A stretch of 64,000 nucleotides of DNA from Dehalococcoidia bacterium (GCA_034434875.1 DAOTYJ010000142.1:3926-67925); one strand, 5' to 3'. Counted from the stretch's first letter, positions 17,220-27,195 are shown. Notes: a model not told the origin generated them from the sequence alone. Translations and numbers: made by a program.

Positions 17220-20200
17220 GGGGAACGTCTTCCAGCCGGAGGGAGAAGAGCCGGCTTACGCCTTCGGGGGTCAGGCTCAGGCCGAAGAGGGCCCCGGCCC
17301 GCTCCATGGTGGGCCGGCTGTGGGTGACCACCACGAACTGGGTCCGGTCGGCAAACTCCCCAAGGAGCCGGGCGAACTTCTCCAGCCGGGCCTCATCCAG
17401 GGCGGCGTCGGCCTCATCCAGCAGGCAGAGGGGGGTTGGGCCCAGCCCCAGGAAGGCCAGCACCAGGGCGAGGGTAACCAGTGTCCGCTCGCCCCCGGAG
17501 AGGGCCCCCGGACCGTCGACCCGACGGCCGGGAAGCCTTACCGCCAGCTCCAGGCCGGACCGCTCGTCCGAAGGGTCGTCGGTCAGGGTCAGCCGACCCG
17601 AGCCGCCCCCAAAAAGCTCCCGGACCATCCGGTCGAACCCGGCCGAAAGCTCCCGCACCAGCCGCCGGAAGCGGCCGTCCAGCTCGGCCTCCAGCCGCCG
17701 GACCCCCCGCAGCAGCTCGGCCCGGGCCGCCTCGGCGTCGGCGATTTCGGCCTCTAACCTTTCGACTTCGGCCCGCTCCCGTTCGTATTCGGCCTCGGCC
17801 AGGGGATTTACCGGACCCAACTGCTTTAGCTCGGCCTCAACCCGCCGCAGCTCCCGCCCCAGCCCGGCCGGGTCCCCCTCGGGCAACCCCGTCAGCCCGA
17901 CGAGCTTCTCCGGGTCGAAGCCCTCGGCCCCCAGCCGACCGGCCAGCTCGGCCAGGGCCTCCCGGGCCGCCCGAACCTTGGCCTCGGCTTCGGCCGCCAG
18001 CCGGGTCCGGGCCTCCAGCCCCCGGCGGGCCTCTACCAGCTCTCGGTCAAGGCCGTCCAGGGCCCGCCGCCAATTTTCGGCTTCCGACCGGGCCCGGGCG
18101 AGGGCCTCCCGCCGCCTCTCCACTTCGGCCGCAAGCTCCGGAATCTTTAAGTTAAGGTCCCCAAGCTCGGCCTCAAGGCGGGAAAGTTCGGCGGCCAGGC
18201 CCTGGCGGGCCCCGGTAAGCTCGGCCCGGCGGCCTTCGAGGGTCTTGAGCCGCCCTTGAAGCTCCTGGGTCCGGCCGAGGGCGGCCCGCCGCCCCTCCCG
18301 GAGACGGTTAAGCCGGGCCTCGGCCGCCCCCAGCGCCCGGCGAACCCGGCCGGCCACCTCCCGGGCCCGGGCCGCCCGCCGGGCCGCCTCCAGGGGTTCG
18401 GCCTGCCCGGAAGGCCAGGCCGGGGCCGAAAGCCCGGCCCGAACCTTTCGGAGTTCGGCCCGCAGCCTGCTAACCTCCCCCAGCAGCCGGCGCCGGTCGG
18501 TCAGAAGCCGCCCCCGGCGGGCCCGGGCGGCCTCCGCCTCGGCCCGGGCCTGGGCCAACCGGCCCCGGGCCCGGGCCAGCTCGGCCCCCACGGCCTTAAG
18601 CCGGGCCGCAAGCTCCCCGATTTCGGCCGAGACCCGGGCGGCCTCCTCATCCAGGGCCTTAAGCTCGGCTTCCAAACGCCGGACCTCCCCGACCAGGGCC
18701 CGCCGCCGGGCCTCGGCTTCGACGGCCCGCCCATCCCCGGCCGGAAGGACCAGCCCGTTGGGATGCCAGAGAACGCCCCGGACCCAGAGGACCCGGCCGG
18801 GCCAGAGGCCCTCCCGCCAGACCTGCCAGGCCACCGCCGCCGAATCCACCACCAGCACATCCCCCAGCAGCCCCTCCAGCCAGGGGCGGTCGTCCTCGGC
18901 CGCCTCGATGAGGTCGACCAGGCGGCCCAGAATCCCGGCCCGGGCCGGGGGCTCCGGCCAGGCCGGGGGCCCGGCCGGCCGGGGAATCACCAGGGGCCCG
19001 GCGGGGGTCTGGCCGTCGTCCGGCGGGTTGAAGACGACCCGGGCCTCGGCGGCCGGACCCAGGGCCAGCCCCAGGCCGGCCGTAAGCTCGGCCGGCCACC
19101 GGATCCGGCCCAGCAGGCGGCCGTCGCCGGCCCCTTCGGCCCGCCCACCCAGGGCCTTTAAGGCGGCCCGCTGCCGCCCCAGCTCGGCCTCCAGGTGCTG
19201 ACGGCGGCGCTTAAGCTCCCCCAGGCCGGCCCGGGCCGCCCCGAGTTTTTCGTTAAGCTCGGCTTCGGCCGCCTCCAGCTCACCAACCGTGGCGGCCAGC
19301 CGGTCCGGGTCGGCCCCGGCGGCCGGGTCCGCCCCCAGGCTCAGCAGGCCGGCCCGGACCTCGGCCAGGGAGCGGCGGGCGGCCTCGAGGCGGGCCGAAA
19401 GGTCGGCCTCGGCCCGGCGGAGGCGGGCCTCCCGGGCGGCCAGCTCCTCGGCCCGGCGGCGGGCTTCGGCGGCCGCGGCGGTCAGCTCCTCGGCCCGGGC
19501 CGCAATTCGGGGTAGCCACCCCCGGAGCCGACCCACCCGGGCCTCCCAGGCCGCCAGCTCCCGGTCGAAGGCCCTAAGTTCGGCCTCGGCCCGGCCAAGC
19601 TCGTCCGCCAGCCGGCGGCCCTCGGCGTCCCCGGCGGCCTGGGCCTGCTCCAGCTCGGCCAGCCGGGCCCGGCCCCGCCCCAGCCGGTCCGCGAGGTCCT
19701 CCCGCCGGCGGAGGGCCCGGCCCAGCTCGGCCTCGGCGGCCTCCAGGGCCTCCCGGGCCTGCCGGACCCCGAGCTCGGCCTGCTCGGCCCGGGCCTTGAG
19801 CTCCCGGCCCCGGGCCTCCAGGTCGGCCAGCCCCCTGCCGGCGGCCTCCAGGGAGGCCCGGGCCGATTCCAGGGCGGCCTCGGCCTCCCGGACCCGCCGG
19901 TGCCGCTCCAGCCATTCCTGCCGCCGAATGGCCGCCAGCAGGGCGGTCCGGGTGGACTCTAAGCTTTGCCAGGCCCGCCAGGCCTCGGCCTGCCGGCCCA
20001 AAGCCTCCAGGCGGGGCCGGCGCTCGGCCAGCCGGTCCTTCAGCCGGGCAAGGTCGGCGGCGGCCGTCTCCAGGTGGGCGGCGGCCTCGGCCAGCTCCTG
20101 CCGGTAAAAGGCCAGCCCCACCGAGGCTTCCAGAAGCTGGCGCCGCTCCACCGGCCGCAGGCTGAGCCAGCGGTCGGCGGCCCCCTGGGTCACCAGCCAG

Positions 20201-20607
20201 GGGCCGTCGGGGCCGAGGCCGTGGGCGGCCAGGGCCTCCAGGTAGTCCCGCTGGCGAACCGGCCGGCCGTTCACCAGGTATTCGTGGTCGCCGGAGCGGT
20301 GGACCCGGCGGCAGAAGACCGCCTCCTCGCCCCCGGCGTCGGCCAGGGTGATTTCCACCTCCGCCAGCCCGGCCGGGGCCCGGCCGGGGCCGCCGGCAAA
20401 AACGGCCTCCTCCCAGCGGCCGAGGCGGAGCCGGCGGGGATTGGTCTCCCCCAGGGCGAACCGGACCGCCTCCACCAGGTTGCTCTTGCCCGAGCCGTTC
20501 GGCCCGACCAGGGCCACCACCGGGGCGACCAGCTCCACCTCCGTCGGGTCGGCGAAGGTCTTAAAGCCCCGCAGGCGCAGGCGGCGAAGCCGGAAAGGGC
20601 TGCCCAT
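17209..20607 (-). CDS. smc: Chromosome segregation protein SMC
   Basis: GPNGSGKSN, long coiled coils, [20 protein letters not shown]; downstream of rnc. Confidence 0.9.
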   Translation of the reverse strand: MGSPFRLRRLRLRGFKTFADPTEVELVAPVVALVGPNGSGKSNLVEAVRFALGETNPRRLRLGRWEEAVFAGGPGRAPAGLAEVEITLADAGGEEAVFCRRVHRSGDHEYLVNGRPVRQRDYLEALAAHGLGPDGPWLVTQGAADRWLSLRPVERRQLLEASVGLAFYRQELAEAAAHLETAAADLARLKDRLAERRPRLEALGRQAEAWRAWQSLESTRTALLAAIRRQEWLERHRRVREAEAALESARASLEAAGRGLADLEARGRELKARAEQAELGVRQAREALEAAEAELGRALRRREDLADRLGRGRARLAELEQAQAAGDAEGRRLADELGRAEAELRAFDRELAAWEARVGRLRGWLPRIAARAEELTAAAAEARRRAEELAAREARLRRAEADLSARLEAARRSLAEVRAGLLSLGADPAAGADPDRLAATVGELEAAEAELNEKLGAARAGLGELKRRRQHLEAELGRQRAALKALGGRAEGAGDGRLLGRIRWPAELTAGLGLALGPAAEARVVFNPPDDGQTPAGPLVIPRPAGPPAWPEPPARAGILGRLVDLIEAAEDDRPWLEGLLGDVLVVDSAAVAWQVWREGLWPGRVLWVRGVLWHPNGLVLPAGDGRAVEAEARRRALVGEVRRLEAELKALDEEAARVSAEIGELAARLKAVGAELARARGRLAQARAEAEAARARRGRLLTDRRRLLGEVSRLRAELRKVRAGLSAPAWPSGQAEPLEAARRAARAREVAGRVRRALGAAEARLNRLREGRRAALGRTQELQGRLKTLEGRRAELTGARQGLAAELSRLEAELGDLNLKIPELAAEVERRREALARARSEAENWRRALDGLDRELVEARRGLEARTRLAAEAEAKVRAAREALAELAGRLGAEGFDPEKLVGLTGLPEGDPAGLGRELRRVEAELKQLGPVNPLAEAEYERERAEVERLEAEIADAEAARAELLRGVRRLEAELDGRFRRLVRELSAGFDRMVRELFGGGSGRLTLTDDPSDERSGLELAVRLPGRRVDGPGALSGGERTLVTLALVLAFLGLGPTPLCLLDEADAALDEARLEKFARLLGEFADRTQFVVVTHSRPTMERAGALFGLSLTPEGVSRLFSLRLEDVPLNG

Positions 20608-20615
20608 CCGGCAGG

Positions 20616-21344
20616 TCAGGGGGAATCGGCCTCAAGACGGGCCAGGGCGGCCCTGGCCGCCTCCTGCTCGGCGGCCTGCTTCGAATCGCCCTGGCCGGTG
20701 GCCAGCACCCGGTCGCCGAGGCGGACTTCCACGGTGAACTTGCGCCGGTGGCTGGGGCCCGACTGGTGGACGGTAACGTAGGAGGGGGTAACCTGCCAGC
20801 GGGCCTGGGCGACCTCCTGGAGCCGGGTTTTGGGGTCGAGCACCTCGTCGGGGTCCCGCAACTTCGCCAGCTCCCGCCCGACGAAGGGCAGGAGGACCCG
20901 GCGGACGGCCTCGAGGCCGCCGTCCAGGTAGACGGCCCCCAGGACGGCCTCGAAGGCCGAGGCCAGGCTGGAGGGCCGGCTGCGGCCGCCGGTTTGCTCC
21001 TCCCCCCGGCTCAGGAGAAGGTCCGCGCCCAGGTCAAGCTCCCGGGCCCAGCGGGCCAGGGTTTCCGTCCGCACCAGCCAGGCCCGGAGGCGGGTAAGCT
21101 TGCCCTCGGGCAGGTCGGGGAAGCGGCGGAAGAGGGTCTCGGCGACGACCAGGCTTAATACCACGTCCCCCAGAAACTCGAGCCGCTCGTTGTCGGGCAG
21201 GTCGAAGCCCGGATTTTCGTTCAGATAGGAACGGTGGACGAGGGCCTGACGGAGCAGGTCCGGGTTGTTGAAACGATAGCCGAGGCGGTCTTCAACCGGC
21301 GGCCGTGGCGCCCTCTTCGACCGGTGCGACCTCGGCAAACCCAT
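20616..21344 (-). CDS. rnc: Ribonuclease III
   Basis: [23 protein letters not shown], ds[11 protein letters not shown]; exact start uncertain. Confidence 0.96.
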   Translation of the reverse strand: MGLPRSHRSKRAPRPPVEDRLGYRFNNPDLLRQALVHRSYLNENPGFDLPDNERLEFLGDVVLSLVVAETLFRRFPDLPEGKLTRLRAWLVRTETLARWARELDLGADLLLSRGEEQTGGRSRPSSLASAFEAVLGAVYLDGGLEAVRRVLLPFVGRELAKLRDPDEVLDPKTRLQEVAQARWQVTPSYVTVHQSGPSHRRKFTVEVRLGDRVLATGQGDSKQAAEQEAARAALARLEADSP

Positions 21345-21774
21345 AATAGTCGTCGGCCCTGATGATGCGCTCCAGCACCTCGGGGGAGAGGACCCGGACC
21401 TTCTCGGCAACCCCAGGCCAGGCCTCCAGCTCCTGCCGGATTTCGTCGACGGTCAGGGGCCGGTTGCCGTTGGCGAGAAAGACCCTGAAGATCGCCTCCA
21501 GCAGGGGCGTGTTGGGCGGGATGAAATCGTCCAGCCGGCTGCAGTGGGTAAGAAAACACTCGAAGGGGTCCTCACCGTAGCGGACCTTAACCGTCTGGAA
21601 GACGACCCGCCCGCTCTGGGGGTCGACGGTCGGGCGCCGCTCCTCGACCTCCTCGCCGATCCGCTCCAGACACTCCGGGCAGATCCGGCTCCGGACAAAG
21701 ACTTTAAAATCCCGATTCTGCTGCTGGAACCTGTCTAAATCGATGAAAAAGCGGGGTTCGGCAACCTCAGCCAT
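21292..21774 (-). CDS. Conserved hypothetical protein, Cys-containing, possible winged-helix C-terminus
   Basis: 160 aa, globular composition, CPEC...C...HC, LEAIFRVFLANGNRPLTVDEI; TATACT -10 at 21786-21791. Confidence 0.8.
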   Translation of the reverse strand: MAEVAEPRFFIDLDRFQQQNRDFKVFVRSRICPECLERIGEEVEERRPTVDPQSGRVVFQTVKVRYGEDPFECFLTHCSRLDDFIPPNTPLLEAIFRVFLANGNRPLTVDEIRQELEAWPGVAEKVRVLSPEVLERIIRADDYYGFAEVAPVEEGATAAG

Positions 21775-21819
21775 TCCGAGAATAAAGTATAGCGCCGCCC
21801 CGGCCGGGCTGCCACCCCC

Positions 21820-21850
21820 TTGACATCAATAGAACATTTGAGCTATTAAT
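21820..21850 (+). promoter_or_regulatory. SigA-type promoter of the sigma-factor gene with a LexA-like site in the spacer
   Basis: TTGACA at 21820-21825, TATTAAT at 21844-21850; TAGAAC-ATTT-GAGCTA between them. Confidence 0.55.
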
Positions 21851-21917
21851 TAGGCGACCGGTTCCCCCCTTTTCGGGGGGCCGTAAGCGAAGCAAAGCAA
21901 TTTTTAAGGGGGTACCC

Positions 21918-22487
21918 ATGGCCGAGTCCGTCGAAGCCCTGGTCCGGTTGGCCCAGCAGGGCGACCGCCGGGCCCTCCAGCTTCTCCTGGAGCGTTACCG
22001 GCCCCTCCTGGGCCGGGCGGTTGGGGAGGTGGGCCGCCTTGCCGGCCGGTCGGCCGGCCCGGTGGAGCGGGCCGACCTCTTCCAGGAGGGAGTTCGGATT
22101 CTCATCGAGCTTATTCGGGCTTACGACCCGGGTCGGGGGGTGGGGTTAAATTATTATTTACAGCGCCACCTGCGTTGGCGCCTTTACAACTTCCTGCGTC
22201 GGGAGCGCTGGCGGCTGGGCCGGGAGGTTCCCCTCGCTGAGGGGGACGCCGACCTGGTCGACCCGGCCGCCGACCCCCAGGCCGAGGGGGTATCCCCCCG
22301 CCTCGAGCGGGCCTTAAAGAAGCTTTCCCGAAAACAGCGCTGGGTCCTCTTTTTAACCTACTGGCAGGACCGCTCCGTCGAGGAGATCGCCCGGATTTTA
22401 AAGGTCAAGCCCCGGGCGGTCTGGGCCCTCCGCCGGCGGGCCGAAGACCGGCTCCGCTCCGTGCTGGACGCCCCCGACGGCCCCTGA
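21918..22487 (+). CDS. Sigma-70 family sigma factor (regions 2 and 4 only)
   Basis: ADLFQEG..YDPGRG region 2; LSRKQRWVLFLTYWQDRSVEEIARIL region 4 HTH; 189 aa. Confidence 0.88.
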   Translation: MAESVEALVRLAQQGDRRALQLLLERYRPLLGRAVGEVGRLAGRSAGPVERADLFQEGVRILIELIRAYDPGRGVGLNYYLQRHLRWRLYNFLRRERWRLGREVPLAEGDADLVDPAADPQAEGVSPRLERALKKLSRKQRWVLFLTYWQDRSVEEIARILKVKPRAVWALRRRAEDRLRSVLDAPDGP

Positions 22488-22545
22488 CCGGCCCCTGGAC
22501 GTCGGCCGACCCCGAAGCCTATACTGCCCTGCGGGGGGTCTCCTG

Positions 22546-22755
22546 ATGGAACCGCAGGCCGTCTGGTTCCTCTTTGACCCGGAAAACCGGCCCCTGGGGC
22601 AGACCATGCGGACCGGGCCCGAGACGGTGCCCGCCGTCGGGGCCGTCATAACCGACGGCAAGGGCTGGAAGCGGGCCGAAGTAATCGCCTTTACCGAGCT
22701 GGCCGCCGCCTGCGGCTTTCGCCGCTTCCGGGTTACCGTTCGGGTGGTCGAGTAA
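22546..22755 (+). CDS. Small hypothetical protein
   Basis: 69 aa, non-shadow composition; TGGACG-18-TATACT promoter at 22496-22525. Confidence 0.55.
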   Translation: MEPQAVWFLFDPENRPLGQTMRTGPETVPAVGAVITDGKGWKRAEVIAFTELAAACGFRRFRVTVRVVE

Positions 22756-24105
22756 TTAAAGGCCCTCGACCAGGGTAAAGTAGGCGGCCGCCAGATAAGC
22801 CTTCGGCCGCACCGCCAGGTCCCGGACCGCAAAGTTTTCGTCGACCCCGTGGACGCCCGGCCGGTAGGTTTCGCTTTCCGGGTGGATGGGGGCAAACCCG
22901 TAGGCCGCAACCCCCAGGGGCCGGACCCACTGGGAGTCCGTAAACCCCGCCGTGAGGGCCGGGATAAGCCGCAGGTCTTCCCGGCCGGTGGCCGCGGCCA
23001 GGGCCGGCCGGAGGGCCTCGGTGAAGGCCGTGCCGAACGGCGACTGGGTCGACCGGGCCCAGGTCTCGACCTCGAAACTCACCCCCTCGATGCCGGCCAG
23101 GGCCTTCTCCAGCTCGGCCCGGACGTAGCTTTCGTCCTGCCCGGGCAGGGTCCGGACGTCACATTTTAAGACGGCCGTGGCCGGGATGCTGTTGGACTTA
23201 ACCCCGGCCTGAAGCACCGTCGGGGTGAGGGTCATTCGGGAGAGGGCCCGAAGGAGGGAAGAAAACTGGGGGTCCACCTCCCGGACCCGGGCCAGGGTAT
23301 CTTCTAAGGTTTCGGGGGTGGGTCGGCCGAGGCCCTCGTCCAGTTCGTGCAAATAGTCGAAGACGGGGGATGAAAGGTCGACCTGGGGCCGGTAATTTTC
23401 GATGGCGCCGAGCACCCGGCCGGCTTTAAGCAGGGCGTTATCCGCATCCCAGGGCCTGGAGGCGTGGCCGCTCCGGCCCCGGATGGTGATGGTCACCTCG
23501 ACCCGGCCCTTTTCACCCACCCCCAGCTCGTAAACCAGGCCCCGCCGGCCCCTTACGGGGTAGCCGCCCCCCTCATTGAGGGCGTAGTCGGCCCGGACCT
23601 CCTCGGGGGCGTTCCGGGCGAGCCAGCCGTAGCCGTAAAACCCGCCCGACTCCTCGTCGGCGGTGGCCGTGTAAATTAAGTCGCCTTTAAGCTTAAGGCC
23701 GGAGCGCTTTAAGAGCACCGCGGTGACCACCGCCTTGGCGTCGTCGCTTCCCCGGCCCCAGGTCCGGCCCTCGGCCAGGACGGCCCCGAAGGGCGGGTAG
23801 CGCCAGCGGGCCGGGTCCTCCACCGGCACCACATCCAGGTGGCTCATCAAGAGCAGGCTTGGGCCGGAGCCGTCCCCTTTAAGCCGGGCGATAAGGTTGC
23901 CCCGACCCGGGGCTGATTCCAGGATTTTGGCCCCGATCCCCTCCGCCCCCAGCCGGTCCCGGATGTATTCGCAGCAGGCCGTCTCGTTGCCGGTGGGCAT
24001 CTGCCCCGTATTGACCGTCGGGATCCGGACGATATCCTGGTGGAAGCGGACCAGCTCGTCGACGGCCGCGTCCACCTGTTCAAGAAGCCTTTCAAGCTCC
24101 GACAT
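22756..24105 (-). CDS. M20/M25/M40 family metallo-amidohydrolase (ArgE/DapE-like)
   Basis: SHLDVVP, GRGSDD, ADEESGG, LNEGG, HGVDE. Confidence 0.9.
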   Translation of the reverse strand: MSELERLLEQVDAAVDELVRFHQDIVRIPTVNTGQMPTGNETACCEYIRDRLGAEGIGAKILESAPGRGNLIARLKGDGSGPSLLLMSHLDVVPVEDPARWRYPPFGAVLAEGRTWGRGSDDAKAVVTAVLLKRSGLKLKGDLIYTATADEESGGFYGYGWLARNAPEEVRADYALNEGGGYPVRGRRGLVYELGVGEKGRVEVTITIRGRSGHASRPWDADNALLKAGRVLGAIENYRPQVDLSSPVFDYLHELDEGLGRPTPETLEDTLARVREVDPQFSSLLRALSRMTLTPTVLQAGVKSNSIPATAVLKCDVRTLPGQDESYVRAELEKALAGIEGVSFEVETWARSTQSPFGTAFTEALRPALAAATGREDLRLIPALTAGFTDSQWVRPLGVAAYGFAPIHPESETYRPGVHGVDENFAVRDLAVRPKAYLAAAYFTLVEGL

Positions 24106-24115
24106 TCTGGGCCCC

Positions 24116-25636
24116 CTACCTGGCGGATTCGAAGGCCCGGTACTGGAGGGCCTCGGCCACGTGGGCCGGGCCGACTTCCGCCGAGCCGGCCAGGTCGGCG
24201 ATGGTCCGGGCCACCTTCAGGGTCCGGTGGAAGGCCCGGGCCGAGAGCTGGAACCGGCCCATCGCCGCCCGCATAAGATTATGGGCCTCCGGCCCCAGGG
24301 CGCAAAAGCGCCGCACCTCCCCCGGGCCCATCTCGGCGTTGACGGTCAGGGGGGTTCCGGCGAAGCGGCGGCGCTGGATTTCCCGGGCGGCCGTAACCCG
24401 GGCCTTAACCGCGGCCGACGGCTCGGCCGCCTCCGGGGCCGTAAGCTTGGCGTACTCGATGCGGGGCACTTCTACCCGGATGTCGACCCGGTCCAGGAGG
24501 GGTCCCGAAAGGCGCCGCTGGTAGCGGGCCACCGCCGAGGGCGGGCAGAGGCACGGCTTAAAGGGGTCGCCCGCAAACCCGCAGGGGCACGGATTCATCG
24601 AACCGACCAGGATAAAGTTGGCCGGGAAGACCAGGCTTCCCTGGGCCCGGCTGATCACCACCTGCCGGTCCTCGAGGGGCTGGCGCAGGAGCTCTAAATT
24701 ATGGGTCCCAAATTCCGGCATCTCGTCCAGGAAGAGCACACCCCGGTGGGCCAGGCTTATCTCCCCGGGCCGGGGCCACCGGCCGCCGCCCACCAGCCCG
24801 GCCGTGCTGATGGTGTGGTGGGGCGCCCGGAAGGGCCGGACCCGGATAAGGGGCGACTCGGCCGGAAGCAGGCCGGCAACGCTGTAAATCTGGGTGACCT
24901 CCAGGGCCTCTTCGAAGGTCAGTTCCGGCAGGATTCCCGGCAGGGCCTTGGCCAGCAAGGTCTTACCCGTCCCCGGCGGCCCCACCAGGAGCAGGTTGTG
25001 GCCGCCGACGGCCGCCACCTCCAGGGCCCGCTTGGCGTGCTCCAGCCCCCGGACGTCGGCCAGGTCCACCTCGGGGGGCGGGGGCAGGAAGAGGCCGCCC
25101 TCCGCCGGCCGGCAGGGGGCAATGGGCTGCTCCCCGGCCAGGTGTCGGGCCAGGGCCTGAAGGCTCGTTACCGGCCGGACTTCCAGGGCCGAAATGAGGG
25201 CGGCCTCCCGGGCGTTAGGCTCGGGGACGAAAACTTCTTTAAAGCCCCGGTCCCGGGCCAGGGCGGCCATGGGCAGCACCCCGTGGGTCGGGCGGATCTC
25301 CCCCTCAAGGCTTAATTCGCCCAGGTAAAGGCCCCGGTCGCCCACGCCGTCCACCTGCCCCGACGCCCCCAGGATGCCCAGGGCAATGGGCAGGTCGTAG
25401 GCGGGGCCCTCCTTCCGGAGGTCCCCCGGGGCCAGGTTTACGGTGATCCGCCGCTGGGGAAACTCGAAGCCGGAGTTGCGGATGGCCGAGCGGACCCGCT
25501 CCCGGGCCTCCTGGACGGCCGCATCCGGCAGGCCGACGATGTTAAAGGCCGGCAGGCCCGGCGAAATATCCACCTCCACCTCGACCAGAACCCCCTGAAG
25601 GCCGACGGTGGCGGCGGTATACACCCTGGCCGGCAT
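24116..25636 (-). CDS. comM: YifB/ComM Mg-chelatase-like AAA+ ATPase
   Basis: FNIVGLPDAAVQEARERV, ITVNLAP, GPPGTGKT, PFRAPHH, GEISLAHRGVLFLDE. Confidence 0.95.
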   Translation of the reverse strand: MPARVYTAATVGLQGVLVEVEVDISPGLPAFNIVGLPDAAVQEARERVRSAIRNSGFEFPQRRITVNLAPGDLRKEGPAYDLPIALGILGASGQVDGVGDRGLYLGELSLEGEIRPTHGVLPMAALARDRGFKEVFVPEPNAREAALISALEVRPVTSLQALARHLAGEQPIAPCRPAEGGLFLPPPPEVDLADVRGLEHAKRALEVAAVGGHNLLLVGPPGTGKTLLAKALPGILPELTFEEALEVTQIYSVAGLLPAESPLIRVRPFRAPHHTISTAGLVGGGRWPRPGEISLAHRGVLFLDEMPEFGTHNLELLRQPLEDRQVVISRAQGSLVFPANFILVGSMNPCPCGFAGDPFKPCLCPPSAVARYQRRLSGPLLDRVDIRVEVPRIEYAKLTAPEAAEPSAAVKARVTAAREIQRRRFAGTPLTVNAEMGPGEVRRFCALGPEAHNLMRAAMGRFQLSARAFHRTLKVARTIADLAGSAEVGPAHVAEALQYRAFESAR

Positions 25637-25695
25637 CGCCCTTCAGTCTAGCATAAGGCCGATCCGGCCGACAACCGCCCGCCAGGATGGGCGGG

Positions 25696-26553
25696 TTACT
25701 GCTTGGGGGTTTCGGCCTCCGGCCCCTTGTAGGTCAGCACCCGGCCCCAGGTGCTCATGGTGCCCCAGATCCCGGAGCGCAGGCACTCCAGCTCCACGAT
25801 CTGGGAGTGGTCGACAAAGAGGTTGACTTCCGGCCCGAAGTTTTTAATATACCAGCTGAAGACGGCCGGGTCGGCGGCCTCGAACATCAGGTGCTCCAGG
25901 CCGATGCCGTCGATGAGCCTGGCCACGATGTCGGTTCGCCACTGCCGGACGCTTTCGGTTATCCCCTCCGACTCGACCATGATGAGCTCGACCCCCAGGT
26001 CCAGGTACCGTTTGGCCATCCGGATGGCCACCATCGGGTCCATAACCCCCTCGGCGGCCAGCTCCTCGGCGGCGGTGGCCCCGCCGGCCCCGAACTGAAC
26101 CCCCACCTCCGGCTTGACCTTCAGGCCGAACTGCATCACCCGCTCGGCCAGCCGCACCAGGTCGTCTTCGGGGATGGTGATAAAGCCCCGGGAGATTTCG
26201 ACGATATCGAACCCGAGCATCCGGCACTCTTCTAAGTACTGGTCCACCAGATCGGGGCCGTAGCGGAGGACCGTCTCGATAAAGCCCCCGGTGGAGACCC
26301 GGACGTCGTACTCGTGGCAGAGGTCGATGATCTCCTTTACGGCCCGGCGGGGCATCAGGGCAAAGGAGCCGCCGGCAAACTTTAAAATATCCACGTATTC
26401 GCCGACGGTCGAAAGGATGTCTTCCAGGTACCGGCGGCCCATGGGGGTATAATACGGCCCCCGGATCTCGGTTATGCCCCGGGTGCGGGGCTTGCGCTGG
26501 CGGCGGTTAACGGGGATAAACTCGCAACAGCGGCCGGAAAGCCTTAGGTCCAC
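25696..26553 (-). CDS. comA: Phosphosulfolactate synthase (ComA) family protein
   Basis: KPRTRGITE, YVDILKFAGGS, VEISRG, KPEVG, IMVESEG, LMFEA; GTG start behind GGAGG. Confidence 0.85.
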   Translation of the reverse strand: MDLRLSGRCCEFIPVNRRQRKPRTRGITEIRGPYYTPMGRRYLEDILSTVGEYVDILKFAGGSFALMPRRAVKEIIDLCHEYDVRVSTGGFIETVLRYGPDLVDQYLEECRMLGFDIVEISRGFITIPEDDLVRLAERVMQFGLKVKPEVGVQFGAGGATAAEELAAEGVMDPMVAIRMAKRYLDLGVELIMVESEGITESVRQWRTDIVARLIDGIGLEHLMFEAADPAVFSWYIKNFGPEVNLFVDHSQIVELECLRSGIWGTMSTWGRVLTYKGPEAETPKQ

Positions 26554-26675
26554 GGGCAAAACCTCCCCTTTAAAGATGGCCACACCAGGAGCTTAACACG
26601 GCCCGAACCCCAAGATACAACCAAAGACCATAAGGCTTTGTCGGTGCGCACGGCCGTGCGCCCCCTCTGCTGGCA

Positions 26676-26719
26676 ACATAAACCGCCGTGGGACAGGCCC
26701 GGAAGGCCTGCCCCACGGC
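26676..26719 (-). terminator. Terminator after the cupredoxin gene
   Basis: 15-bp stem (one G-U pair) with 5-nt loop, followed by GGTTTAT on the minus strand. Confidence 0.65.
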
Positions 26720-26740
26720 CTATTCGGCAAAACTAGTGGG

Positions 26741-27112
26741 TTAATCCTGAACGGTGAGCTGGCCGACCATGCCGGCCTCGGCGTGGCCCGGTTCGATGCA
26801 CTCAATCTTAAAAGTCCCGGTCCGCTGGGGGGTGAACCTGACCGTGGCCGACTGCCCCGGCTGAATCTTGGGGCTCTTAACGTTCAGGTCCGGAACGACC
26901 CAGTCGTGGACGACGGTGCCCCGGTTCTGGATGGTTACCACAACCTCCTGGCCCCGCTTAACGGTCAGGTTGGCCGGCTCGAACTTAAACTCCGTCGCCG
27001 TCACCGTAAGGCCGCCACCCCCACCACCCCCGCCGCCCGGGGCGCAGGCCGAAATCAGGAGCGGCAACACCACCAGCACCGCCGCCACCAGCAGGGGAAT
27101 ACGCACACGCAT
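26741..27112 (-). CDS. Cupredoxin (type 1 blue copper) lipoprotein
   Basis: Lipobox ISAC, Gly8 linker, VHDW, CIEPGHAEAGM (C-x4-H-x4-M). Confidence 0.9.
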   Translation of the reverse strand: MRVRIPLLVAAVLVVLPLLISACAPGGGGGGGGGLTVTATEFKFEPANLTVKRGQEVVVTIQNRGTVVHDWVVPDLNVKSPKIQPGQSATVRFTPQRTGTFKIECIEPGHAEAGMVGQLTVQD

Positions 27113-27126
27113 GCCAAACCTCCCTT

Positions 27127-27157
27127 AAGTGATAATTTTCACAATTAATTTTAGCAC
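27127..27157 (-). promoter_or_regulatory. Extended -10 promoter with a Rex-like operator over the start site
   Basis: TG-C-TAAAAT on the minus strand (27156-27148); AAGTGAT-AATT-TTCACAA at 27127-27144 versus Rex consensus TTGTGAA-N4-TTCACAA. Confidence 0.6.
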
Positions 27158-27195
27158 CGGCCCTTTCCCTTTGGCTTCCGCCCTCACCTTCCTTT

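Noticed and set aside
21918-22487. Calling the sigma factor fliA
   Set aside because: At 189 aa it lacks region 3 and is too short for sigma28.
26646-26661. ACGGCCGT palindrome recurring at 14406, 26651 and 63898
   Set aside because: An 8-mer expected a few times by chance at this GC content; it also occurs inside coding regions (e.g. near 50853).
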